From positions 7,254,001 through 7,318,000 of the forward strand of contig CM102285.1 of the NCBI GenBank assembly GCA_046563655.1: 64,000 nucleotides of DNA, in the 5' to 3' direction. The translations under genes and the position numbers were made by a program. Shown piece by piece: positions 1 through 12,235 of the stretch. The first letter of the stretch is position 1; each line of letters opens with the position of its first letter. The notes beneath the pieces are model-generated. The model was not told where the DNA came from. It did not search any database and saw only the letters and a program-made list of their open reading frames with translations. This stretch comes from Yuukianura sp. NJ FZ-2021 (lineage: Eukaryota).

Positions 1-1226
1 GTCACTGTGATGACTTGGACAGACCTTATCCTAGTGAAGAGACACCTCTTACAAGAGGATTCGATGGTATTTGTCAATAGTTTTCAAAAATTGCTTACTT
101 TGAAATTGATTTTTTTTTTCGAATTTTGGCTCTAGGTGAATGTCATTCTGTGAAACGAAGAGTTTCTGGAGCGGACGTGCGGGAATCCAGTTCAATGGAA
201 TCCAATTCGGCTTTTCTTGGGTTATTAATAGCGAAAGCTATTAATAATCTGATTTGCTAAAGAATAAAAAATAAAAGTTTACTTTTTCAAATCTGATTCA
301 TGTCTGCCTGTCTGTCTGTCTGTCCGTCTGTCCGTCTGTCCAGCTCAATTATCTCAGAAACTACTGGACGGATTTGATTCCGGTTTTCTCCTATCAACAC
401 CTCATGACCCCAACCTGGTCACTATTGAATATTATCCTGGTAGGTCAACTCCTTCCGGGTGCAAGGTCAAGGTCAACCGGTTCCATCCCCGGTAACCCGG
501 AAAACGACCTCTACAAAAGTTGTTCATCTCGTCGAGACTAACAACTTTTGTTTATATCAAATGACCCCAAGTGACCTACTTCCGGGTCAAAGCTCAACTT
601 TTTTTCAAATTAACTTCCTCCTAGCTGGGAAGCGGGGAGGAGCCCACCCCACAGCGCCGGGTGACCCACCCTCGCACCCACGGGTGACCCACACACACCC
701 CCGGGGAAACCTTCCCCATACCCCGGGGGAACCCACGCCCTTCCCCCGGGGAACCCACGCCCTTCCCCCGGGGAACCAACTAACCCTCCCGGGGAACACA
801 CCCTCTCTTGTCCAGGGAACCCACCCCACTCGCCCTTGGGGGAGTAGAAGTTTAGTTACCTTCAACAAATACCGCCTTATCGCTTGAGCTATTTCTTATG
901 CGCGGTTTACAACCGGTTTATTTTGTATATCAATGATGTCGGTCATTGCAGTTTTTATTGTCGTCGTGCATCAGCGACGACGCAGGAGAATAGCTACCTC
1001 TTCAGTTGGTTACATTGGAAAGGAAGATGTTGATTTCAAGTGCAGAAAAGTTCCAGAGAGCTGGAGAAAGTATGATGCATTGTACACACCAGTGAGTCTA
1101 AGTCCCTGTGACGATGATGATGAAGATGACATTAGGACGAGTTTAGTTGAAAAATGTTCACAAAGTTTTAATCCAGACGATGAAAACAAAAGGAAAGCAG
1201 TGAAGCCTCTAGTTTTAAAAACCTGA
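1..1226 (+). CDS. 3' end of a single-pass membrane protein gene (partial), last exon interrupted by a ~696-bp insertion
   Basis: Exon 1-66, GT-AG intron 67-135, exon from 136 (GECHSVKRR...SNSAFLGL). Removing 227-922 restores the frame ...FLGL-FCISMMSVIAVFIVVVHQRRRRR... to the stop at 1226 (hydrophobic span followed by a poly-Arg stop-transfer). Confidence 0.6.
222..922 (+). mobile_element. Non-autonomous Helentron-associated (HINE/DINE-1-like) element
   Basis: 5' hairpin ttattaatagc-gaaa-gctattaataa, a (CTGT/CCGT)n microsatellite at 301-340 followed by an atctcagaaactactggacggatt core, a GC-rich minisatellite at 660-840, a short 3' palindrome, and a T-rich insertion site. This matches the known DINE-1/HINE architecture. 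Confidence 0.6.
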
Positions 1227-2199
1227 TTGATTTTTGCTTAACATTACGTAGACTTTTTCAATCAATTGACGAGACATAGAATCATCAACATTTTTGTTAC
1301 TCGTTTTGCTCTTGTGAATACTCGTACACCATTTTAGTTTAATTTAGTTTTTTGAAAATTAACCTGTACAATTAGATGTATATTTTTAGCCAATTAAGGA
1401 AGAATTGACACTGCGGGTTGAAAAACGACCAAAACGCACGAAAAAGAATGTTTTATGATTTAGTTGTATGGAGATAATGTTCCTTTCATGCTGAGCGTGG
1501 AGTTAATTTTTAACTGTAATTAGCAATTAAGTAAGTGCTAACTTTTCTGCGCAGAATCGCTAGAAATTATGAGTTAGTTTTCTAAAGTTTCGAGTAGCCT
1601 CCCCTGAGAAATGTGTTATGTCATGTCGCTAGTTTTTGAATTTGGAAGTGATTTGAGTTCCACGAGTCAACAGAATTCTAATTTTAAGAGATTTAGTACT
1701 TCAGAGGTTAAAATTAAAATTAACATTGTTTTAAAAAACAAATACTATTCTAAACAACAAGGGTGATCTTTGCATTACGTTAAATATAACTACTATATAG
1801 TCATAAGTAGTACGATTTAAAATGTAAGCTGGTTAAAATGGATGTGTAAAGGTATAATGTAGGAAGGACTGACTCCAAAGTGTTACTGGAGCGTTATGTT
1901 AAAATTTAAAATTTAACTTTTAAAAAGAAATGCAATTTACTAACATTAGTTTTTTTTTGAACAATCAAATCCAGTGAACAATTCGACACGCAAAGGCTGA
2001 ATAAAGTCGTACGATTACGGTCTTATGTGTTTAGTTTTTTTTTTGCGATTTTATACAGTTTTTAGTTTGTTGTTTTTTTTTAGCAAAATCCAATTCCAGT
2101 TGAAGTTGTTTTGATTTTTTTGCTTGGTTATCATACAAATGAGGTCAAATTCAAGTATTAGTTGGTGCAAATCGTTAATAGATAAAATTGTCGGAATAA

Positions 2200-3148
2200 T
2201 CAGTTGTCCGGAGGCAGCCCCCTGCAATCAGCACCATTAGCAACCAACGCAATTTTTTGTTTGTGACGTCACCAGCTGAAAAAATACCGTAATGGTGATA
2301 TTTTAACCCGCTGGCATCTATGTAAACAAAATGCGGTTTGCGGGTTTCTATAGGACACCATCATTAATACGCAGAATTCCGGTATTTTTCAGCGGGTGAC
2401 GTCATTTTTTTTTCCACATGGCAACCAAACAAACTTTCTATCCGCACTACCTAGTAGTATTCTATTTACCTTGGTTTACCTCAAGGTAAATAGAATACTA
2501 CTAGGTAGTGCGAATGGAAAGTTTGTTTGGTTGCCATGTGGAAAAAAAAATGACGTCACCCGCTGAAAATACCGGAATTCTGCCAATTATTGGTGGTGTC
2601 CTATAGAAACCCGTAAGACACATCTTGTTTACATAAATGCCAGCGGGTTCCAATTTCACGATTACGGTATTTTTCAGCTGGTGACGTCACAAACAAAAAA
2701 TTGCGTTGGTTGCGATGGGCGCCATTTGCAGGGGGCTGGGTTTACCTCCAAAATTTCCATGCTGGAATCTTGGTGGTTGGATGATATTTCCGGATCCTCC
2801 AGTATCCGATCGTCTTGGTGGTTAAATGATTGGCCGTTGTACTGGAACTCCATTTGGTGGTGGAAACCAAATCTGTTCACCGTCTGTATTCTCGTAGTCA
2901 TCGCGGTGGTCTGGAATCCACAGCGCCTGGTCGTCGCGGCGGTTCAATAATGTTGCCATCACCTCCGTTGGCACGTCTTGGTGGCTCTATAATTCGTCCA
3001 TCTATTGGATGACCATTTCCATTCTATCCACCTCCAGCATATCTTGGGGGTTCGATGATGTTTCCAGGTATTGCGCACTTCGCTTCTCATTGGGGAAAGA
3101 GTTTACGAACAAAATGGCGGAGAAGGCAAAAGTAAAAAGCAGCCATGT
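2200..3148 (-). pseudogene. Degenerate secreted prepropeptide-like gene with (G)xII(E/Q)PPR repeats
   Basis: After an AG acceptor at 3149-3150 it reads TWLLFTFAFSAILFVNSFPNEKR, then five repeats (GNIIEPPRY, GRIIEPPRR, GNIIEPPRR, RPII*PPRR, GNIIQPPRF). It has in-frame stops, frameshifts and the foldback insertion near the 3' end. Confidence 0.5.
2215..2738. mobile_element. Foldback/MITE-like inverted repeat (two ~259-bp arms, 8-bp spacer)
   Basis: 2215-2473 is the diverged reverse complement of 2482-2738. The spacer gtttacct (2474-2481) recurs at 2740-2747. Confidence 0.8.
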
Positions 3149-3189
3149 CTAAATCAAAAAAAAAAATTTTTTTTTAATAAATTCAAAAT

Positions 3190-3505
3190 ATATGTAAAAG
3201 TATATAGAACAGAGCAACAAGAGTGCGAATTAGCTGAATCAAATTACCTTGCTAGCCATCTTGAGGATGCCCCTAATGTTTTGAGTGTCCCTTACAACAG
3301 ACCCGATTGAATGACTAGGAGAAGGAAGGAAGCATGCTATATGTACCAACAAAATTGGCGTCAATATTGCAAATCCGCAAATCATACACCCAGATTCACT
3401 TCACAAAAAGAAACGCAGAATTTATTCTGCGCTGTATGTTCCACGAACTTGCTATCTTTGACATGTTTTGGCGGAGGCTGTTTGGTTTCCTGGTTTGGTG
3501 ACTAA
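3190..3505 (+). mobile_element. Possible degenerate piggyBac-like transposase C-terminal Cys-rich remnant
   Basis: RRRKEACYM...KETQNLFCAVCSTNLLSLTCF loosely resembles the piggyBac cysteine-rich tail. No TIR or TTAA boundaries were identified. Confidence 0.3.
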
Positions 3506-3727
3506 TCCATTCCCTGCTTAACCAGATGCAGGCAATCGTTGTACGCTCCATTTTCGTTTGTATTTTATTTCTACATTTTTTTTTGTACACTCCACGGCGT
3601 TATCAACGGTTTTTTTCTTTTTGCTAATATAATATGGACAACGGCTCACCTTAATACCTTGTATAAATCCTGTTTCCAAGGTTGTGTTAATTTCAATTTA
3701 TTACAACATAAGTACTCAAATTAATTT

Positions 3728-6230
3728 TTAAAATGCCGGAAATACGCGGCGACAGTGTTTGGCAAAATAGGTTCCATTGTGCGTCTTAGGAACTTTAATT
3801 CCCCAGAAGTCAATCGTCTCGCCGTTAGGGTCAGCACAAGCGAAGTCTCCTCCCGAAATACCTGAGAACTGTCCTTTGAACTTCTTCCGATCTGTGTAGA
3901 GCCACTCGTTTGTACAGTTACATTTCATGTGACACGTCGTTTCAATTTTGTTTCTACGATTCGATTCTAGAAACGGGCGAAAAACGGCTTCATTCAGCGT
4001 GAGGTCGGGAGGTTGGCATGCGGTGAGACACGCAATTGTTGAACAGTCTTTCCTCTGCCCAATGTGCAAGGTCAGAGAAACATTGTTCAACAAAGAAAAA
4101 GTAGAATTCTCTAAAGTTGCACGATCGAAAAACACATTTAACTGGTCTGTGTCATGGTTCTTCTGGCTGGAGGCCTTCAGTATGTTTGTGGGATGCACTG
4201 CAGTGAAGTTGAATGTACTCTTCGACAAGGTCACTGATCTCGTATCGTCTAATTTTGCGCGCCACAGTTTAGGGTAGTTGGCCAAGTTCGGATACTCGGA
4301 TAAACTTGTGTTTCTGACTGAAAGCTGCCTGATGACTTTAGTCGTCAATGAGCCGAATGCTTCCGGGTGTACCGCCCGGAGACTTCGAGCACCTTTAAAT
4401 TTAATTTATAACTTGTTATAAAATATCATATAAATTGTTTAACTATGTGATGAAGGTGCAGTTACCTATCAAATTCACTTCAGTAAATGAAAATCGTTCA
4501 AAAGAGTCTTTCGGAAGTTCTTCAATTGCGGTTGGTGAAAAAACAAGTTTGGAGAAATTCGTCAGTCCAGCCTCCGCCAATTTCTGAAATTGTTGTTTAA
4601 CATCGAATTTGTCTCCACCACAATGAATGAGCTCAGCAGCAGGAAACATCAAGCAGTTCGGAAGCGATCTGAAGCTGCTTTCGGGTTTGCAGCGAAACGA
4701 CTCTGGGCGTTCCGTTTGCACCAAGTTGTCTTCCACACGGATAATTTTAATTCCACGTTCCACTCGCGGTGTCAAAACACCATTTGGATCAAACATCCAT
4801 TTTGATTTCTCGTCACACCAAATCTCCACGTTATGATGATCTACGACGAAAGTGTTGTTTGAATGTTCCTCCAGAAATGGTCTAAACACGTTTTCTGGAA
4901 ATGTTTCAAAACCAGGAGTATTTGCTGAATCCGATGCATCGAAACTAGAAACTTCAAATTTTACCGTCAGTGGACCTCGTGACCCAGAAAAGGCGTTTGG
5001 CTCAAGTCCAATGGTGTCATTAAATGGATTAACTCCAACTTCAACTTTGAGCGAAAATTTTCGTGTTTGATTAAAAGCAAATGAGTACGGGTCGAACTTT
5101 TGAATAAAATTTTTGATGAGCCCAATTTTTCTTAAGTTTGGTGCACCAGCAAATGCATAACTTCCCACTTTTTGTACTCCACTTATTTGCGAACTTCGGT
5201 CGAATGCAATTGCCAAATGCTGCAAATTGTGCATCACTTGGCCATCTTTTGGTCGAAAAGCGGCATTGGGTATATACGGTAGGCCGACACCGAAGAGACG
5301 CAAATTCCTGACGTTGACGAGAGAAGAAAGTGATTCGAATAGGTCGCTCACGGTATCGTCGCAAGTCCCTGTAAAATTGGCTTTGTCAATTTGCAAAAAT
5401 TGAATTGACTCCGCTGACGTTTCAAAAGCATTTCGGTCAATCCTCCACAAATTCGGGGCACCTTGAATCCGTAACTTCGTGATTCCGACGCCGGCGAAGA
5501 TATCTCGTGGCAAATATGTAATGTTTTCTCCAGCGATGTCGACGATATCGAAGCGTCTGGATTCTGCTGCGGAGGTTGCAATTCGCTTAAAAACATCCCT
5601 TAGTGCTGCTCCATCAATCGTGTCGTTTGTACAACTTAGCCTAGTGGTGTTTGTTAATGGCCCAAGGGCTCCGCTCGATGTTCCGTAAAGTCCACCAAAT
5701 TCAACGTCGTATTCTCCACGTTGACAAGTACATGGAAAAATGACTTTTGGATCCGGACATGAATTTTCCGTGTTTGTAATGCTAACGGTTATGTCACCGA
5801 AGTTCTCGAATGGATTCGACTGTTCACCTTGTTGGTAAGTGTTGTAATCTGGAAGACCAGTGGCAATGGCTTTAAACTGACGAAGGGTGCCTCTTAACGG
5901 TGATAGCGCGTGGGAATCAATATAGGTCAAATTTGGGGCATTTTGAACCAGGATTCCACTGATTTCGATGTCGTTGCCAAACTTTTCGGTGAAGTCGAAA
6001 CCAGTTTCTTTGCTAATTGACGTAATAGAGGTGTCGTATAACTTCAATTGTCTTACGTAACCAAGGTTTTGGCTGCGTAAAAAGGCACTGACATTGAACC
6101 CACCGACGCATGAGACAGTTCTGTAGTCCGTTTTGTTACAACCGTTATTTGCGTAGAACTCAGCTTTAGTTTGTTCTGTCAAGACAGAAATTGGTGCCAT
6201 GAGGAGTAATGGAACCCACAACAATTGCAT
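3728..6230 (-). CDS. Secreted leucine-rich-repeat-like protein (resembles the Oplophorus luciferase non-catalytic subunit-like LRR family), 2 exons
   Basis: Signal peptide MQLLWVPLLLMAPISVL, LRR-like repeats (L..I...AF) and CP...IFPCTC caps. A GT-AG intron at 4465-4393 joins the 595-aa and 206-aa ORFs in frame (..NLIG-ARSLRAVHPEAFGSLTTK..). Confidence 0.75.
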
Positions 6231-7175
6231 TCTTGAGCAGGCTTTGTTTTGATTTTTTGATTAACACAATTTTTTTAACTTTGAGGACAACCCCCTTAAC
6301 TTTGAAATACTACTTAAATTGTTCGCTCGACTTTTGCCATTTATAGCGACTAACAAAGTTTTAACGAGTTTTCATTTCTATTTTTTTGAAAATGTTGAAT
6401 GAGTGCTTCAATATTTTTTCAAAGGTTCTCAGAATTTGAGGAACAAGTTCTTGTTTTCGTCAAAGGTTTCCGAGAAGAAATTAGGCGACTGACACGTTGA
6501 CCCGTTTCGCGAGGAAGTTTTTAGCAAAGTTCACAAACAAGGAAAACCAGTAAGAACAAGCCCCAAGGGATGACGATTTGCACAGCTAACGCGAACAAAC
6601 GGTTCCAAGTGATCAAGACCGCCAGCCAACACAAAAGCCCAAAAAGAACTCGACAGAGGTAAAAGTTTTGAGTTTCATTAGAGACATTTCAAAATTAAGA
6701 AAGAATGAAATTTTCAGTTTCAATTGACTTTTGCAAATTTAAAAAGGATGAAATTTTAAAGTTTCAATACACTTTCAAAAATTCGAATAGGATCAAATTG
6801 TAGAGTTTTGATTGGACCTTTTTAGTTGAAGTACAAAATTCTAGGGCGATGGACCAGTCCCGGGGCGAACCCCCAGGAAGCACGCATAATGCTAAATTAG
6901 ATAAGCTAAAAAAACATTCCTGGAAGATACGGTGCTTTATTGAAGAACATCTTCTATCCTTGGATGCCATGATGTCAACCAATACCATATGCAAAGCGAA
7001 ATGGTCGTTAAGGGAAACGTTGAGTTGATTTCAACAATTAAAATGTGTTTCCCGGAAAAGCGTAATAAATAACATATCCGAAAACTTTTCGTTTCTCGCA
7101 CATTATTGCTGTTGAGAGGTATTTCAATTTCAGCGAATCTTTTTTAATATTTTGTACCGATAAAGTAAGTAAATT

Positions 7176-8219
7176 ATGAACATGTCAAAATTTTTGACCC
7201 ACGCATCGTTGGGTCAACTTGGAATGCGTTCCATTTTTACATCTCCGGCACTTCGACGGAAATCTCCCAAATCAGAGGATTCAGCAAAACGCAACCGTCG
7301 CTCAAAATCCAATCCAAATTATTTCCGAAAACGCAAAATTTCTCTGGAAAATTTAAAAATCCAAAACATACTTGCCTCAAACACTGTATCTGCAGCACCA
7401 TCACCTGAAGAAATACGGTTGGAAATTCAGCGTCGACAAGAACAAAAGCCGTTTGGTTTGCCAATTTTAAGCCGCGAAGATTGTTCAAAAAGAACAAAAT
7501 TTGCGACTGAGTTTCTCCAGTTGTTGGAAACTGAACCAAAATTCCTAGATTCCATTTTCTTCTCAGACGAAGGGAACTTTTGGCCAATGACAGTCAAGGG
7601 TTCACGCAGCAAGTCCAAAGGCAGGAAAAGCAGACTTTACGCAGAATCAGATCAATTACCAACGATTGTCTGGGCGGCGATGAATACAAGCCAAGTGATT
7701 GGACCTTACTTCTTCAATTCCTTTGTCACTGGTTCGATTTTGCTCTAAAATACATATTACCTTTCACCATGCTGTAAAAATATCAACGAAATGAATTTCT
7801 TACTTTTAGATCGTTCCTACACTAAAATGATTGACAAGTATTTCTTGAAACAACTGAAGAAAAATGGACACCATGCTGAGAACGTTTGGTTCCAACAAGA
7901 CGGTGCACCACCGCACAGAAGTAAGCTAAGTCTGGACTTTCTGCAGAAATCGTTCGGTTCCCGTCTGATTTCCTTCGGTGCAAAACCTCCAGCCATCGCT
8001 TGGCCCCCAAGGTCACAAGACTTGACGCCTCTCGATTACTTCCTTTGGGATTACCTCCAGACTCGGATGACTTCGTATCACCCGATGACACACGACAATC
8101 TCCGAGAGTGTCTCGCAACAGAAATGCAATGCATTGATCCCAGTCTGCTCAAATCAGAAACGGAGGACTTGAAGACACGACTTGTCAAATGTCTGAACGC
8201 AAACGGTGAAAGATTTTAA
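7176..8219 (+). CDS. Tc1/mariner (rosa/DD41D-like, here DD44D) transposase-derived gene, 2 exons, ~321 aa
   Basis: Motifs FFSDEGNF, VWAAM..VIGPYFF, WFQQDGAPPH and WPPRSQDLTPLDYFLW. A GT-AG intron at 7732-7809 joins the two ORFs in frame (FVT-D-RSY). AATAAA follows the stop and no TIRs were seen. Confidence 0.8.
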
Positions 8220-8350
8220 CAACAAAATTCAACATCGAACCTTTATTTTAAATAATAAAAACAAAATTCCTGTTTTATGAGTCACTAAAAATCTCAACGT
8301 TGACTAAAAGAGTCTGGGCATTGGACGGGTTAAGGTTTAATTTTTGCAAA

Positions 8351-9057
8351 TTAAGCTCGCTCAGAAATGATAACACTGCGCTGATTTTTGAAAACTCCAC
8401 CCATGTCATGCTGCACTAATTTCTCCATTTTCTTGACAACGTAAATTCCTATTGGCCTTAGAATCAACTGAGTCATCAGGAGGCCCAAAGACACAACTTT
8501 CCTATTCTTTGACCCATGACCTTGACCGCCAGAGTGACTCATGGCCAAAGCCACAAAGAAAGCGTCAATTACTATAACCACCATGAACACTGATGACCAG
8601 GCTCTCCATGTTTTGAATCGCTGGAGATTGAGCATTGGTTGATGCATGACCTTATTGGTACTGGTAAAAAGGAATATGGCCATTCCTGATTGGATAAGGA
8701 GAAAGCAGTAGTGAAGAGAAGCGTACATCACCAGTCTCGTCAGTTCTGGTCAATCATGAAAAATTGAAAAGTTTAAAACACATTGATTAACTTACTTATA
8801 GAGTAGAAATTCTACTGTAGAATATGTTAGGCTCACTTTCTCTATGTGTCATGAAGCCGGGAATGATACTTGCACCGTGGGAAAATTGGAATGTCGCATA
8901 TGACATTATTGTGAACGCCAGCAACTGCAAAGTCAAACGCCAACTTAATCAATTCAAATCTTCAAAAACTAAAAAAAAGTTTCGCAACGTTTCTTACCAG
9001 ATCCAGAATAGCAACTAATTTGACAACACGCAGGCGTCTTTGGTCAGCACTTGCCAT
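8351..9057 (-). CDS. Small multi-pass membrane protein, 3 exons, unknown function
   Basis: ATG at 9057 (MASADQRRLRVVKLVAILDL|LLAFTIMSYATF...), GT-AG introns, last exon with three hydrophobic segments ending at 8351. Confidence 0.6.
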
Positions 9058-9557
9058 TTCCGTCAAAAGCGTTTTAGTTTCAACAAAGAAAGTAGTTCTA
9101 GTCCGCAAAAACTCATCACACTGACTAACTCAAGCATAATCGGCTACTGTTTACTTGAAATACGAAGCTGTAAGGAGGTAGGCGGCGGATGGTTTCAGAA
9201 AGTCAAAAACTGCGGCCTAAAGAAATTGGTGCTACAAAAATAAACAAATGTGTTTTGTGAAGGGGGTCATCTGGGAAGCGTTGCATAAACACTGAAGCGC
9301 AAATGTCGATCAAGATAAGCAGAACTCTCTAGGTCAAGTTATGACTGAAAGTAAGCAATTATTCTTTTGGCACCGTGGCAGGTAGCACAGGTTTCCAGAA
9401 AAGTTATAAATTTTAATCGTAACAATTATTTCTGGCAGATTCGCGATTAGTTACCAATAAACAGTCAGGAAATTAATTACCTGGCAAAAGACTTAAGGGC
9501 TTTCCAAAAATAGGTTTTCAGAAATTTCGGATTTATGAAGATGCAGTTTCCAAAAAA

Positions 9558-10695
9558 TTATCGAAGATCTGACCATGCCGTTTCTTCTCCGGAATCCCGT
9601 TCCTCGACAGCCTTTTTAAATCCCACGGCTTTCGAACGTTGTTGAAATGAAAGGCCTTCAGGGGAATGTCGTGTCATTCCATCAAAGATTGTGGCCAGGC
9701 GCTGCGTTGACAACAGCCCCATCTCTTCCACGGCATGGTTAATCATCTGCTTCTGAAACCAGAGTTGATTGGCAGGCACAGTTATCATTTTCTGAATAAA
9801 TGTATCCACGCGCAAGTCCAACTCGGCCGCTGGAGCTGATTCGCCCAATAGTCCAATTTCGACAGCTTTCATGCCCGATAATATTTCTCCTGTCAGTAGA
9901 ATCCTCTTAGATTTCTCCAATCCCAGGCGATAGAACCAAAACGCCGTCGTGGGACACCCCCAAACACTACGATAATTAAAATTTCAATGCTTTATGTCAG
10001 AACTTAATGGAACGCACCGGGACACTCTGTATAAACTGAACAATGAAAGTTGGAAATCGAATGTTGGATTTACCGAGAGGGTGGATACCCGAATTTCGCA
10101 GTGTCTTCAATAAAAGTGATGTCGCAAGCTAGGCTCATATCCGTTCCTCCACCAATTGCAACACGCTTGATTTTTGCAACTACGGGCTTCATGCTTCTCC
10201 AAATTTCCATAAACGCTGAAGTACACGCTCCCATTATCCTGTTCAAAAGAATACGAAAGCTGATTGAAATCTTCTAAAGAAAGTTATAAGTTGGAATGCA
10301 TAATGAAACACAAACCTGAAATCCTTAGCAGGGTCCCAAGGCATCTCCTGAGTCATCCATTCTTGACTGGATTCCATTTCCGCAAATCGCTTCAAATCAT
10401 ATCCAGCACAAAATGCATTTCCAGCGCCATACAACAGAATCACCCGGACGGACGGATCCCAATTGGCCAATTTAATTGCAGATTCCAATTCAAATGGAGT
10501 ATGCTCATCAATGGCGTTGAGCCTCTCCGGCCTATTGAGCATGACATGAGCTACTCGGTCCTCTGTCCAGTACTTCACACTTTTGAAAGTGTCCGGCAGG
10601 CTTGAGCATGGTGAAAAACTGTAAAAGCGTTTTCCGCAACCCCCAAGTATTGAAGTAGTATTTGCTCGCAAGAAAACGTTAATCATTAAATTCAT
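9558..10695 (-). CDS. Enoyl-CoA hydratase/crotonase family protein, bacterial EchA2-like, 3 exons
   Basis: LNRPERLNAI, GAGNAFCAGYDL, KPVVAKI..AIGGGTDMSLACD, FGYPPSRVWGCP and FDGMTRHSPEG. Exons at about 10695-10316, 10238-10074 and 9967-9558 splice in frame. Confidence 0.9.
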
Positions 10696-10980
10696 TATGC
10701 TAAAGGAACAATTCTCACATGAACTGTTAACACAAATGAACTGCTAACTAATCAGCTGATTGATAAGAAGCCGGTTTCTGTCACTCTTCTCTGTCATCAC
10801 AGAGTAAAGTGTAAAACCCGCCTCAGAAATTAAAACCTGATACACTGACTTATCGAGAATATTTTTTTTAATCTCGTTAAGCATTTACAATAAACCTAAT
10901 TGAACAACTTACGTGAAATGAAGAATGCAACCAATTGACTTTAAGCAAAGAAAAATAAATTATTAAGCAAGATAAATATT

Positions 10981-12235
10981 TTATGAAATAATTTTTTTAA
11001 CTACGATAGCTAGAATTAGTGCAATACCAATTGAGCCGCCAATTTGAATGTATCCCGTCCACTCATCTTCGTGTAATACTTCAGTGTTCCGAATAGAAGG
11101 TTTTTGAATGATGCGACGACGTCGTTGTTCTCTCTTTGCCACTATCATTTCATCTAAGTTTGAATGTTCTGCTGTCTGCTCATGCTCTCCATAGTCCGAA
11201 ATATCGAAATCGGCGTCTTCATATTGCAGCTCACCCTCTGGGTCTGAATCGGCGGCAGGTTCATATGGTGGCAATACCGGCACATCTACAGTTAGTTTAT
11301 AATCAATTACTTTGATACTTCCGCCTAACTTAACCGATGAGGCATGTAATATGTGGATGCTTTTACCCGACACCGTTCCTCTGATGACGTAGAATGCACA
11401 AATCTTAGGATTATCGATGTTTCCCTATAAATTTAGAATAGTGAGTTTACAGAAGAACTTACAGTACCCGAAACAAGTGAGTTTAACTTACCTTAATGAA
11501 CTGGAGTTGGATTTCGTTATTTCTGATACGAGATTCTCCGCCATTGACAACTAGAGTCTGACCTCCGTTTTTGACAGAGAATGGAATGATTTCATCGTGG
11601 GCAACTCCATGTCCAACTTCGGCAAAGATGTCTGTGAATTAGTCAATGCCAGAAACATGTAAAAATCCCAATAAGACGTTTTCAAATGCGTTGTAGAACT
11701 TAATTTCAGAAATAATGACAACTTACCTAAATCTTTGACTATCTGATGGAGTTTGTTTAGGAAGACATCAAATACCTTAATTCAAAGAACAAGAAGCGAT
11801 TGGGAATGGGATCATACCGAAAACAAACTTAAATTGTGGCATATTATTTTACTAGCTTCAGGTTACCTTTTTACGTGGATTCAGAAAATAAACTTCAGCG
11901 AACTTCAAGACCAGAACGTAATTTCCATCTTCGTGAATTGGAATCTGGTAACCAAAACTGGCCAATCCATAGCGCTCCGTTTGATACAAAATGGCGTCCG
12001 CTTGATCCACGCGCTCAATCGTCCAAAACCGCATGCCATAATCCGATGCGATCCCTTGCGGACATTGATCAGCTTCGTAGAATATCCCATGTACGTCGGT
12101 GTGAGCTGGACCGCCAGCATTAACGGCATACACAAGTCGTCCGACTAGATTGGAATCTTCTGATGAGCTGACCCGGCAGGTCAACACGGCAAGGAATATT
12201 TGCAACAAAATCCCGCGGCTGGTGCTCGGATCCAT
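10981..12235 (-). CDS. MLEC: Malectin (ER carbohydrate-binding protein)
   Basis: Signal peptide, VYAVNAGGPAHTDVHGI, ASDYG, ILYQTERY, YVLVLKFAEVYF, DIFAEVGHGVAHDEIIPF, DNPKICA and a C-terminal TM anchor; multi-exon. Confidence 0.92.

Noticed and set aside
459..887. Pro/Gly-rich ORFs of 63-142 aa
   Set aside because: They are translations of the GC-rich minisatellite inside the HINE-like element.
11288..11367. Apparent 27-aa insertion in the malectin C-terminal ORF
   Set aside because: Better explained as a short in-frame GT-AG intron, which restores GTVSDVP.
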